From an uncultured Clostridia bacterium (GTDB taxonomy: Bacteria; Bacillota; Clostridia; TANB77; CAG-508): a DNA stretch of 64,000 nucleotides. Below the pieces are notes generated by a model. That model saw nothing but the letters and a program-made list of their open reading frames with translations, did no database searches and was not told where the DNA came from. Made by a program: the position numbers and the translations under genes. This document shows positions 1 through 9,847 of the stretch, one piece after another (positions within the stretch are counted from its first letter, which is position 1; each line of letters begins with the position of its first letter). The DNA lies in contig CALXRX010000005.1 in NCBI GenBank assembly GCA_944390975.1, positions 8,182-72,181 on the forward strand, in the 5' to 3' direction.

Positions 1-201
1 ACTACAAATAATCAAACAACAAATACTAATGGAAATACTAATAATAGTAATTCAAATAATAGTAACACTAATAATGGAACAAACAATAACAACAATAATA
101 GTAATAACAATGGTAACAATAGTAACAATAATCAAACAAATAATACTAATAACAATTCAGATTCTGTAGGTAATTATTTACCAAATACAGGTACAAAGTA
201 G
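1..201 (+). CDS. 3' end (partial) of an Asn/Thr/Ser-rich low-complexity surface-protein-like CDS ending ...NYLPNTGTK*
   Basis: Frame 1 is open from the window edge to TAG at 199-201. The translation is an N/T/S repeat tract and ends in an LPNTG sortase-like motif, but no hydrophobic anchor or charged tail follows. Confidence 0.35.
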   Translation, partial: TTNNQTTNTNGNTNNSNSNNSNTNNGTNNNNNNSNNNGNNSNNNQTNNTNNNSDSVGNYLPNTGTK

Positions 202-261
202 GTTATATTTATTTATATAGATATACACATTAATAAAAATATTTTTAAGGAGGAATTTTTT

Positions 262-489
262 ATGTTAAAAGGACAAAAAGGTATTACACTTGTAGCTTTA
301 GTTATTACAATCATTGTATTACTAATTCTTGCAGGAGTTACAATTACATTAACTCTAGGAGAAAACGGTATATTTAAAACAGCTGAAAAAGCTGGAGAAA
401 ACTATACTCAAGCTCAAAGAGATGAATTAGAAGGATTAAATTCATTTGAACAAACAGTTGATCAAGTAATTAAAAATGTAACAGACTAA
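262..489 (+). CDS. short type IV pilin-like protein (75 aa); leader MLKGQKG then hydrophobic helix ITLVALVITIIVLLILAG
   Basis: AGGAGG RBS 8 nt upstream. Short basic leader ends in Gly, followed by a ~22-aa hydrophobic helix. It is the first gene of an operon with pilD, pilB, pilT and pilC. The same N-terminus recurs on other proteins in the window. Confidence 0.55.
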   Translation: MLKGQKGITLVALVITIIVLLILAGVTITLTLGENGIFKTAEKAGENYTQAQRDELEGLNSFEQTVDQVIKNVTD

Positions 490-587
490 TCTAACAATAA
501 CCCTTAAATTTTATAAATAGGGTTAAGTTAAATGGCATATGCACTTTTTGTATATGCCATTTAGTTTAAAAATGAGAGGAAATAAAA

Positions 588-1400
588 ATGCTAGAAATAA
601 TTTTTTTAATTATTATATTTATAACAGGAATATACTTTGGTAGTTTTTTCACACTTGCAACATATAGGCTACCTAAAAAAGAAAATATAACACATAAACA
701 TTCATATTGTCCTAATTGCAACCATAAATTAGGAGTTTTTGACTTAGTTCCAATTTTTAGCTATTTATTTCTAAGAGGAAAATGTAGATATTGTGGTAAA
801 AAAATAGGTATAAGATATTTCTTATTTGAACTATTAACTGGAATAGTTTTTGTGTTGTTTGCAATTTCCTTAAATAAAACAATACTTGATTTGGATTTTA
901 ATACAATAATATACTTTGCCTTAACCATACTTTATTTTGCTAGTTTATTTATAATTGCAGGAATAGAAAAAGAAAAAAATGTAATACAAAAATCAGTATT
1001 AATTTACGGAGTTATTGTAGCTATATTATATATGATATATTCATATACACTAAATCCAAATAATGTCTATGAATATGTTATATATTTATTAATGATGATT
1101 ATTTTGCTTTTTATGGATATAATATTCTTGAAAAAGAAGATGAAATATAATTATACTGTGCAAATATTAATTTTAATATTATATATGTTAATCTTTTCTG
1201 GAGCATATAATACTACTTTTACTGTTTGTATAGCTATATTATCAATAGGTATAAAAAAATTAATATCATTTTTAACAAAGAAAAAATCAAAAGTAATTAA
1301 TAATAAAGAAAAAGTACCATTTGCGTTTTTCTTATGTACAGCTAATATTTTAGTTATAATTATAACAAATTTTATTATTAATTATACAATTAGTAAATAG
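588..1400 (+). CDS. pilD: prepilin peptidase (A24 family, PilD-like)
   Basis: Polytopic membrane protein with the N-terminal tetracysteine motif CPNC...CRYCG typical of PilD/ComC prepilin peptidases. Sits in pilus operon context. Confidence 0.8.
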   Translation: MLEIIFLIIIFITGIYFGSFFTLATYRLPKKENITHKHSYCPNCNHKLGVFDLVPIFSYLFLRGKCRYCGKKIGIRYFLFELLTGIVFVLFAISLNKTILDLDFNTIIYFALTILYFASLFIIAGIEKEKNVIQKSVLIYGVIVAILYMIYSYTLNPNNVYEYVIYLLMMIILLFMDIIFLKKKMKYNYTVQILILILYMLIFSGAYNTTFTVCIAILSIGIKKLISFLTKKKSKVINNKEKVPFAFFLCTANILVIIITNFIINYTISK

Positions 1401-1408
1401 GTGATTAA

Positions 1409-1831
1409 ATGAAAAAAAATAAATTATTAGATAATAGAGGTGTTACTACAACTGATATAGTGGCTGGGGTAATAATTATAATAGTTTTTGTATCTGTAAT
1501 AACAACTAGCTTTTACAATTACTATTTAAGTGCTACATCCAAAAATAGAAATGCTGTTGCTACTAACTGTATAATAGATTTAATTGAAAATATTGAAGCA
1601 ATGGCTTATGATGAGGTAGATCAAACTGCAGTAGATGATTTAATACAAAACTTAGTAGATAAAGGAACAATTCCTTCAGGATACACAGTTACAGCAAGTT
1701 TGCAAAAATATAATGAATTAGAAGGTAATACTGATAAAGAAGATTTAATTAAAATATTAAAAGCAAATGTAAAGTATACAGTAAATGATAAAGAAGAAAA
1801 CTTCGAAGTTACAAGATTAATAACTAAATAA
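1409..1831 (+). CDS. minor pilin-like protein with non-canonical leader (DNRG-VTTTD) and N-terminal hydrophobic helix
   Basis: 140 aa with leader, Gly, then a hydrophobic segment. Paralogous to the next ORF. Located between pilD and pilB. Confidence 0.4.
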   Translation: MKKNKLLDNRGVTTTDIVAGVIIIIVFVSVITTSFYNYYLSATSKNRNAVATNCIIDLIENIEAMAYDEVDQTAVDDLIQNLVDKGTIPSGYTVTASLQKYNELEGNTDKEDLIKILKANVKYTVNDKEENFEVTRLITK

Positions 1832-1842
1832 AGGAGTAAAAT

Positions 1843-2265
1843 ATGAAATCAGATAGAGGAGTGACAACTACAAGTTTAATAATATATATAATTGCAATGA
1901 CAATAGTAGTTGGAATAATTGCAACTATAAATTCATTCTTTTATAGTAATGTTATGAATATAGAAGATGAAAGTAGTAATATATCTGAACTTACAAAGTT
2001 TAACATGTATTTTTTAGCAGATATTAAAAAAGAAAATAATGATATTATAAAAATTTCAGAAAAAGCAATTACATTTTCTAGTGGAAATACATTTACATTT
2101 CAAGATAATGCAATATATCTAAATAGTATTAGAATTTGCGAGAATGTAAAGAATTTACAATTTAATGTAAATAAATACACTGATAAAAATATAGTTAATG
2201 TTTTAATAACAATTGGGGATAATATGGAGTATACTAAAACAACAAAATACGTTATGAAAAAGTAA
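1843..2265 (+). CDS. minor pilin-like protein, paralog of the previous ORF (leader MKSDRG-VTTTS)
   Basis: Same length (140 aa) and the same RGVTTT plus hydrophobic-helix N-terminus as 1409..1831. RBS GGAG upstream. Confidence 0.4.
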   Translation: MKSDRGVTTTSLIIYIIAMTIVVGIIATINSFFYSNVMNIEDESSNISELTKFNMYFLADIKKENNDIIKISEKAITFSSGNTFTFQDNAIYLNSIRICENVKNLQFNVNKYTDKNIVNVLITIGDNMEYTKTTKYVMKK

Positions 2266-2351
2266 TAGTAATTTGTGGAAATTCCAAAATAACTATATAA
2301 AAAAGTCTAAATTTAAGATATAATAAAATAGAATAATATACAAAGGAGGAA

Positions 2352-3974
2352 ATGGATATGAGACAACCTATTGGTATAGAATTAGTAAGAAAAGGAGTTA
2401 TTACAGAAGAAGATATTACAAAAGCTTTAGAATATCAAAAAACACATCCTAATAAAAAAATAGGAGATATTTTAAATACATTAGGTGCATGTGATTCGAA
2501 TATATTAATACAAGCTATAGGAGAAATTTTAGGAGAAAAAGCAATACTTTTAGACGAAAGACATTTAAGAATAAATTTAGAAGACTATATTTCTATGGAT
2601 GTTCTTAAACAAAATAAAGCAGTACCTTTTGAAGTAGAAAACGGAAAAATAAAAGTATGTTTTGCTGATACAGCAAATAAAAGAGCAGTAGAAACAATTA
2701 GGTTATTATTACTAAATAAAGGTTTAGTAATGGATAAATATATTACATTTGAAAGTAATATAGAAAAAGTTTTAAAATCATTCGAAGGTGATAGTTCTAA
2801 TGATATTAAGTCAACAACAGATATTACAGGATTAATTGATACTATAATAAAAAAGGCAATGGATAAAAGAGCAAGTGACATACACTTTGAGCCTATGGAA
2901 GATGGTATAAGAATCCGTTATAGAATAGATGGTGAATTATATACAGTAGCAAATTTAGAGGATGATAAACAAGCTCAAATTATAGGAAGATTAAAAGCTA
3001 TTTCAAATATGCATCAAGAAAAACAAGAATCACAAGATGGTAGAATTCTTCTATATCCAGATTATAACATTCGTGTTTCATCACAAAGAAATGTGTATGG
3101 AGAGAAATTTGTTTTAAGATTATTAAAAAAGAATGCAGATTTAAAAGAAATATTTGAATTAGGATTTCCAAAAGATGATGCTTTATTAAATAGAGCATTT
3201 AATAAAAGAAATAGTATAACAATAATGGCAGCTCCTACAGGAGAAGGAAAAACAACTACATTGTACAGTGTTATTGCTTATTTAAATAGACCTGAAATTA
3301 ATATAACAACTATTGAAGATCCTGTTGAAATAAGAATTCCAGGTTTAAACCAAATAGAAATAGATGCAAAAACAAATTTTATAGATTCATTAAGAACAGT
3401 ATTAAGACAAGATCCAGATATTATACTAGTTGGAGAAATTAGAGATAAAGAAACTGCTGAAATTGCCATGCAAGCAGGACAAACAGGACATTATGTATTA
3501 TCTACAATACACACAATAGATAGTGTAGAAGTTATAACAAGACTTAGAAAGATGGGTATTTCAAACTATGATATCGCAAGTACTCTTGCAACATCTGTAT
3601 CACAAAGGTTAGTAAGAAAAATATGTCCACATTGTGCAGTGCAAAGAGATTTTACAAAAGAAGAAATTGACATAATGACACAAATTGGTCAAAAATATAA
3701 TATAGAATTTGATTTTAATGGAAAGAAAACTTATGATGTAGTAGGATGTAAGCATTGCAATAATTCTGGATATTATGATAGAACAGGTATATTTGAAATA
3801 TTAATTATAGATGATAAAATAAGAGAATTGATTACTAATGATGCATCTACTATTAAAATAAAAGAAGAGGCAATTAAAGGAAAATACAAACCATTAGTAA
3901 TAGACGGAATAAATAAAGTTCTAGATGGTACAACGACTTTACAAGAATTGAATAAAAAATTAGTTTTATTTTAG
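2352..3974 (+). CDS. pilB: type IV pilus assembly ATPase PilB (GspE family)
   Basis: N-terminal T2SSE_N-like domain. Walker A APTGEGKTTT, Asp/His boxes, and a C-terminal tetracysteine motif CPHC...CKHC. Start may be the second ATG at 2358. Confidence 0.85.
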   Translation: MDMRQPIGIELVRKGVITEEDITKALEYQKTHPNKKIGDILNTLGACDSNILIQAIGEILGEKAILLDERHLRINLEDYISMDVLKQNKAVPFEVENGKIKVCFADTANKRAVETIRLLLLNKGLVMDKYITFESNIEKVLKSFEGDSSNDIKSTTDITGLIDTIIKKAMDKRASDIHFEPMEDGIRIRYRIDGELYTVANLEDDKQAQIIGRLKAISNMHQEKQESQDGRILLYPDYNIRVSSQRNVYGEKFVLRLLKKNADLKEIFELGFPKDDALLNRAFNKRNSITIMAAPTGEGKTTTLYSVIAYLNRPEINITTIEDPVEIRIPGLNQIEIDAKTNFIDSLRTVLRQDPDIILVGEIRDKETAEIAMQAGQTGHYVLSTIHTIDSVEVITRLRKMGISNYDIASTLATSVSQRLVRKICPHCAVQRDFTKEEIDIMTQIGQKYNIEFDFNGKKTYDVVGCKHCNNSGYYDRTGIFEILIIDDKIRELITNDASTIKIKEEAIKGKYKPLVIDGINKVLDGTTTLQELNKKLVLF

Positions 3975-3994
3975 TAAATAGGAGGGAAATACAA

Positions 3995-5095
3995 ATGATA
4001 CAAGTAGAAAGTATTTTAGATTATGCTATAAAAAAAGATGCATCAGACATTCATTTTATATGTGGAAATAAACCAATGTTAAGAATTATAAGAGACTTAG
4101 TTCCAGTAGAAAATTCTGAAGAATTAGTTCCAGAAGATATGAATGAAATATATGATTATTTAGTAAAAGGTAATATAGATAAAGATAATGTATTTAGACA
4201 AACAAAAAAATTAGATACATTCTTAGAATATGGAGAAAGACGTTTTAGGGTAAATATTTCTTTATCAGGAGATATACCACTTTTTACACTAAGAATTATA
4301 AAAAATGAATTACCAAAATTTGAAGATTTAGGTGTTCCAGATATTGTTAGACGTATGACATTCCAACCACAGGGATTAATGCTAGTTACAGGTAAAACAA
4401 ACTCTGGTAAAACAACAACTTTAAATGCACTTATTAATGAAATTAATGAAACACAAAACAAAAAAATATTAACATTAGAAAGTCCGGTAGAATATAAACA
4501 TCATTCAAAAAAATCAATAATAGTGCAAAAAGAAGTAGGTGTTGGTGGAGACTCATTATGCTATAGTGATGGTGTAAAAAACTCTTTAAGAGAAGACTGC
4601 GATATAGTAGTAGTAGGAGAAATTAGAGATAAAGAAACAATGGAAGCTGCTATTGAAACAGCAGAATCTGGCCATTTAGTAATAGGAACACTTCACACAA
4701 AATCATGTGCAGAAACAATAGATAGAATGATAAATTTCTATGAAATTAGTGATCAACCAACTGTTAAATATTTAATTTCTTCATTATTAAAACTTGTTAT
4801 TTCTCAAAGATTATTAAAAGGAACAGATGGAAAATTAGTATTAGTACCAGAAGTAATGGTTGTTGACAATATTGTTGCAGGACTTATAAGAAAAGATAAA
4901 ATTAGTGTATCAGAAATAGAAGATGCAATACAAAGTAATTTAGAAAAAGGAAGTATAGGACTTATAAATTCAATTGCTACATTATTTGTTGATGAAAGAA
5001 TAACTTTAGAGCAAGCAAAAGCTCAAATAGAGGAAAAAAATATTGAAACTCTAAATAGAACAATTATGCAATTAAGGATTAAAAAGAATAAATAA
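3995..5095 (+). CDS. pilT: twitching-motility retraction ATPase PilT
   Basis: 366 aa. ASDIHF motif, Walker A GKTNSGKTTT and the GHLV..TLHT motif. Collinear with PilT along its length. Confidence 0.85.
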   Translation: MIQVESILDYAIKKDASDIHFICGNKPMLRIIRDLVPVENSEELVPEDMNEIYDYLVKGNIDKDNVFRQTKKLDTFLEYGERRFRVNISLSGDIPLFTLRIIKNELPKFEDLGVPDIVRRMTFQPQGLMLVTGKTNSGKTTTLNALINEINETQNKKILTLESPVEYKHHSKKSIIVQKEVGVGGDSLCYSDGVKNSLREDCDIVVVGEIRDKETMEAAIETAESGHLVIGTLHTKSCAETIDRMINFYEISDQPTVKYLISSLLKLVISQRLLKGTDGKLVLVPEVMVVDNIVAGLIRKDKISVSEIEDAIQSNLEKGSIGLINSIATLFVDERITLEQAKAQIEEKNIETLNRTIMQLRIKKNK

Positions 5096-5123
5096 AAATG
5101 CTAGAAAGGAAGGAGTAAATTAG

Positions 5124-6476
5124 ATGGCGGTATATAGATATAGAGCTTTAACGCCTAATGGTGTAATTGTTAGTAATCGTATAGATGAAAACAATAGAAG
5201 TGCAGTAATAAAGAAACTAAAAAGAAATAATTTAACACCAATAAGCATTACAGAACAAATAGGATTAGCAAAAAAACCTGCTAAATCTAATAAAAGAAAC
5301 GTAAAAGATATTGAAGATATTATAAAGAATGTAAATACTTCTAATATTGTAACAAATAGGGAGAAAAAAAGAGAATCCTATATACAAAAAATTAATAAAG
5401 CTTTAGCTAAAACAGAAAAAATAACAACAAGAGATATAGTTATATTTACGCAAAATTTCTATTTGTTAAAAAAAGCTAATTTTAACAACATACATGCTTT
5501 AAATACAATTATAGAAAGTACAGAAAACTATATTTTTAGAGGAATATTAGAAGACATATTAGCAGGTGTTGAAGCAGGGGAAAATATGTATACTACTATG
5601 GAATATTATTCTAATGTATTCCCATATATTTATATAAATATGATACGTGTTGGAGAACTATCGGGATCTCTTACAAACTCTTTAAAACAAGCAGTTAAGT
5701 ACCTTGACGATAGTACAAATATTAACAAGAAATTAAAAAATATTTTAATACCAAACCTTGTTCAATTTGCTTTATTATTGGTAATGTTAGTAGTAGGTAC
5801 ACTTGTTGCTGTTCCAGCAATTCAAAATGTATTTGATGCTGTAGGAACAAAAGATACTCTACCAGCTTTAACGCTTTGGTTTAAAGATTTCTTAGATAAA
5901 TTAATTATGTATTGGTATGTTCCAACAGCTATTATAGGTGCAATTGTTGTATTTGTTATAATGTATATTAGAACACCAAAAGGAAAATACAACTTTGACT
6001 ATTTTAAATATACTATGCCAATCTTTGGAAAGCTAATTTTTGCTTTAGATTTTTCAAGATTAATGAAAGCTATGCTTCTTAACTTAAATAATGGAATGAG
6101 AATACAAGAGGCATTAGAAGTAAGTAAAAATATATGTAAAAATTATGTTATGCTTTCAATAATTGAAACTTCAATAAATAACATTTTAATTGGACAATCT
6201 TGGATTGAGCCATTTGAAAGATCTGGATTACCATCTTCAATGATAACAGAAATGTTAAAAATAGGTATGAAAACAGATTTATCTGAAATGATGGAAAAAC
6301 TAGTAGAATATATGGAAATAGATATAAATAACATAATAGATAATATTATGAAAGTATTACCACAAGTAGTATATAGTATAGTTGGTATTGTATTAATATT
6401 CTTCGTACTAATTGTATTAGTTCCTGCATTACAATTATACATGGGTAACTTCTTAATTTCAGCAGCAGGATTTTAA
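5124..6476 (+). CDS. pilC: type IV pilus inner-membrane platform protein PilC (GspF family)
   Basis: 450 aa polytopic protein with two GspF-like repeats. Follows pilB and pilT. Confidence 0.8.
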   Translation: MAVYRYRALTPNGVIVSNRIDENNRSAVIKKLKRNNLTPISITEQIGLAKKPAKSNKRNVKDIEDIIKNVNTSNIVTNREKKRESYIQKINKALAKTEKITTRDIVIFTQNFYLLKKANFNNIHALNTIIESTENYIFRGILEDILAGVEAGENMYTTMEYYSNVFPYIYINMIRVGELSGSLTNSLKQAVKYLDDSTNINKKLKNILIPNLVQFALLLVMLVVGTLVAVPAIQNVFDAVGTKDTLPALTLWFKDFLDKLIMYWYVPTAIIGAIVVFVIMYIRTPKGKYNFDYFKYTMPIFGKLIFALDFSRLMKAMLLNLNNGMRIQEALEVSKNICKNYVMLSIIETSINNILIGQSWIEPFERSGLPSSMITEMLKIGMKTDLSEMMEKLVEYMEIDINNIIDNIMKVLPQVVYSIVGIVLIFFVLIVLVPALQLYMGNFLISAAGF

Positions 6477-6488
6477 ATAAATTAATAA

Positions 6489-6541
6489 AACAAAAAAGTA
6501 TAATTAAGTGGTATAAAACTTTATTATACTTTTTGTTTTTT
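6489..6541 (+). terminator. Rho-independent terminator ending the pilus operon
   Basis: Stem caaaaagtataa / ttatactttttg followed by a T-run. Confidence 0.6.
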
Positions 6542-6574
6542 AAATTAAAATGTCACACATTATGGGGAGGAAAA

Positions 6575-7486
6575 ATGAGAATAGGAATAGATATAGGTGG
6601 AAGTCATATACAAGTTGGTTTAATAGACGAATTTGGGAATATTTTAGCAAAAAAAGAAAAAGACATATTAAAGGAAGATAAATTAGAAATACAAAATAAA
6701 ATTGAAGAAACAATTATTAAAAATATATTAGAAATTATAGAAGAACAAAAAATTAATATTTTAGATGTTAAATTTATAGGGATTGCTTTCCCTGCAAGTT
6801 TTAGAAATGGAGAAATAGGTTTATCAGTAAATTTAGGAGCAAATGGTGAACTATTAAGAAAAAACATTCAAACTCATTTTTCAATACCTGTATATATTAG
6901 AAATGATGCTAAATGTGCAGCAATTTGCGAGAAAAAATATGGCTCACTAAAGTATTATTCTGATTGCATATTCTTAACAATAGGAACAGGAATAGGAGGA
7001 GCAGCTTTTGTAGACAATAAATTGTTTAAATCTCCTAATATGGATAAATTTAAAGTAGGGCATATTACCATACAAAAAGATGGTTTAAAATGTAGGTGTG
7101 GAAAAAAAGGATGCTTTGAAAATTATGCTTCAATTACAGCATTAAAAAGAAATGTAACCAAAGAATTCAATATTGAAAAAGAGATTACAGGTAAAGAACT
7201 ATATGATTTTATAATAAAAAATGAAAATAATGAAAAAATGAATATAATTATAAATAATTATATTGAAAGCTTAAGTGTAGGAATATCAAATTTAATAAAC
7301 TTATTTGAGCCAGATGCTATTAGCATAGGCGGAAGCTTCGTATATTACAAAGATATATTTCTAGAAAGATTAAAATTGAAAATACAACAAAATAATTTGC
7401 TATATAAAGACAACATACCAGAAATACTTTTAGCAAAATTTAAAAATGATGCTGGAATGATAGGTGCATCTCAAATTGAAAACTAA
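6575..7486 (+). CDS. ROK-family sugar kinase (glucokinase-like)
   Basis: N-terminal RIGIDIGG and the ROK zinc motif CRCGKKGCFE. Likely start is the ATG at 6575 after a GGGGAGG RBS; the ORF-track start at 6533 has no RBS. Confidence 0.7.
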   Translation: MRIGIDIGGSHIQVGLIDEFGNILAKKEKDILKEDKLEIQNKIEETIIKNILEIIEEQKINILDVKFIGIAFPASFRNGEIGLSVNLGANGELLRKNIQTHFSIPVYIRNDAKCAAICEKKYGSLKYYSDCIFLTIGTGIGGAAFVDNKLFKSPNMDKFKVGHITIQKDGLKCRCGKKGCFENYASITALKRNVTKEFNIEKEITGKELYDFIIKNENNEKMNIIINNYIESLSVGISNLINLFEPDAISIGGSFVYYKDIFLERLKLKIQQNNLLYKDNIPEILLAKFKNDAGMIGASQIEN

Positions 7487-7490
7487 AATA

Positions 7491-7519
7491 TTGACTTTTT
7501 TTATGTCCTATAGTATAAT
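7491..7519 (+). promoter_or_regulatory. sigma-A-type promoter (TTGACT, 17 nt spacer, TATAAT)
   Basis: Consensus -35 and -10 hexamers with a 17-nt spacer. A terminator lies about 210 nt downstream, before rnj. Confidence 0.5.
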
Positions 7520-7731
7520 AATAAAAGTTGTTACCTAAAAATGGTAAAGATGAGATTTTAATTTTATGTATAAACAAAGAAATGAGATAAATAATATTAA
7601 TGTATTGATTCGGGAAAATGAAAATATAGAAATATACAAAATAATGTATAAAATTATGGATTGTGTACGGGAATTTAATTATATAATTTTATACTAATTA
7701 AAACTATATATAAACGTATTTTCTAAAATCA

Positions 7732-7759
7732 ATCAGTTTATTAATAAACTGGTTTTTTT
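7732..7759 (+). terminator. Rho-independent terminator
   Basis: cagtttattaataaactg hairpin followed by a T-run. Confidence 0.55.
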
Positions 7760-7899
7760 GCTTTTTCTAAATTTAATAAAAATGATATTAGAAAAAGAAA
7801 TTGTCGTATTTTATTAGTAACTTATTATAAAAAATATATTTGTTTTATATAAAAAATTAAATGAAAATAAACGAAATAAAATAAAGGAGAGATGAATTT

Positions 7900-9825
7900 A
7901 TGATGCAAGAAGTAAAAACAGAAGAAAAGAATAATACAGAAAAAACTAGTAGAGAAGCTAAAAGTAGAAATACAAAAAGAAATTATGCAACAAAAGCTAA
8001 CAAAACTAATAAGGAAAAATTAAAAGTGGAAAGCACAAAAAAAATTAATAATGAAAATACAAAAAACAATGAGAAAATTTTTAATGAACTAAATAAAAAA
8101 GTTACTAAAACAAGAAGGCAGTCAGTTAGGAAGGATAATGCCAAAAAAGACAATGAATTTAGATTTAAGAAAAGTCCTTTAAAAATAATTCCATTAGGAG
8201 GATTATTAGAAGTTGGTAAAAATATTACAGTATTTGAATATGAAAATGAAATAATAGTAGTTGATTGTGGGCTAGCATTTCCAGAAGATGACATGCTAGG
8301 CATAGACCTAGTAATTCCAGATGTAACATATCTAGAAAAAAATAAAGATAAAATAAAAGGCCTAGTAGTTACACATGGACATGAAGACCATATTGGCTCT
8401 ATACCATATTTATTAAAACAATTAAATATACCAATTTATGCAACAAGATTAACAATTGGGTTAATTAGCAACAAATTAGAAGAGCATGGATTATTAAGAA
8501 GTACAAAATTAAATATCGTAAAACAAGGTGAAACTATAAACTTTGGAAAAATGCAAGTAGAGTTTATTAGAAGTTGTCATAGTATACCTGATGCTGTAGC
8601 ACTTGCTATACACACACCAATTGGTACAGTAGTACACACAGGAGATTTCAAAATAGATTTCACACCAATTGATGATGAAAGAATGGATTTTGGAAGAATT
8701 GCAGAACTTGGAAATAAAGGTGTTTTAGCACTTATGTCAGATAGTACAAATGCAGAAAGAAAAGGATATACTATGTCTGAAAGTACTGTTGGAGATGTAT
8801 TTGAAAAACTATTTTTACATTGCACCAAAAGAATTGTAGTAGCAACATTTGCTTCAAATGTTCATAGAGTTCAGCAAATAGTAAATTCTAGCGTTAAATA
8901 TGGAAGAAAAATAGCTGTTTGTGGTAGAAGTATGATTAATATGATACAAACAGCAATAGAACTTGGGTATATTAAAGTACCAAATAATGTATTTATAGAC
9001 ATAGATATGATAAATAATTATCCAGATGAAAATTTAGTTATTATTACAACAGGATCACAAGGAGAAACGATGTCAGCACTTACAAGAATGGCAGCAGGAG
9101 AACATAGAAAAGTTACAATAACACCTAATGATTTAGTAATAATTTCAGCAAATCCTATACCAGGAAATGAAAAATTTGTATCAAAAGTAATAGATGATTT
9201 AATGAAAATTGGTGCAGAAGTAGTATATAGTGCATTAGAAGATGTTCATGTATCAGGACATGCATGTCAAGAAGAACAAAAATTAATGTTAGCATTAGTA
9301 AAACCAAAATATTTTATACCAGTTCATGGAGAGTATAGACAATTAGTTGCACATATGGATACAGCAAAGAAAATGGGAATAGATTCAAAAGACATATTTA
9401 TAATGACAAATGGAAGAATTCTAGAGTTAAATGAAAATGAAGCAAAACTTACAGGAACAGTTCCATCAGGAAAGATTTTAGTAGACGGTTTAGGTGTTGG
9501 AGATGTTGGAAATATAGTATTAAGGGATAGACAACATTTATCACAAGATGGTCTAATAGTAATAGTGTTAACAATGGATTCTTCAACAGGAGAAGTAGTA
9601 TCAGGACCAGATGTTATATCAAGAGGATTTGTATATGTGCGTGAATCTGAAAACTTAATGGAAGATGTAAAAAAAGTTATTAGAGAAGAAATTGAAAAAT
9701 GTGAGCAAAAACATATAAAAGAATGGTCAATTATAAAATCTAATCTAAAGGATGAATTAAGAGACTATATTTATCAAAGAACAAAAAGAAACCCAATGAT
9801 TTTACCAATTATAATGGAAGTATAG
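7900..9825 (+). CDS. rnj: ribonuclease J (beta-CASP metallo-beta-lactamase RNase) with ~90-aa Lys-rich N-terminal extension
   Basis: HGHEDHIG metallo-beta-lactamase motif, beta-CASP region and RNase J C-terminal domain. GGAGAG RBS upstream. Confidence 0.85.
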   Translation: MMQEVKTEEKNNTEKTSREAKSRNTKRNYATKANKTNKEKLKVESTKKINNENTKNNEKIFNELNKKVTKTRRQSVRKDNAKKDNEFRFKKSPLKIIPLGGLLEVGKNITVFEYENEIIVVDCGLAFPEDDMLGIDLVIPDVTYLEKNKDKIKGLVVTHGHEDHIGSIPYLLKQLNIPIYATRLTIGLISNKLEEHGLLRSTKLNIVKQGETINFGKMQVEFIRSCHSIPDAVALAIHTPIGTVVHTGDFKIDFTPIDDERMDFGRIAELGNKGVLALMSDSTNAERKGYTMSESTVGDVFEKLFLHCTKRIVVATFASNVHRVQQIVNSSVKYGRKIAVCGRSMINMIQTAIELGYIKVPNNVFIDIDMINNYPDENLVIITTGSQGETMSALTRMAAGEHRKVTITPNDLVIISANPIPGNEKFVSKVIDDLMKIGAEVVYSALEDVHVSGHACQEEQKLMLALVKPKYFIPVHGEYRQLVAHMDTAKKMGIDSKDIFIMTNGRILELNENEAKLTGTVPSGKILVDGLGVGDVGNIVLRDRQHLSQDGLIVIVLTMDSSTGEVVSGPDVISRGFVYVRESENLMEDVKKVIREEIEKCEQKHIKEWSIIKSNLKDELRDYIYQRTKRNPMILPIIMEV

Positions 9826-9847
9826 AAAAGTAAAAGGAGAGAGATGT

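Noticed and set aside
1-200. Short tandem aat/aac/agt repeats at the window start as a CRISPR array or satellite
   Set aside because: They are in-frame codons of an Asn/Ser/Thr low-complexity protein tract. There are no direct repeats with unique spacers.
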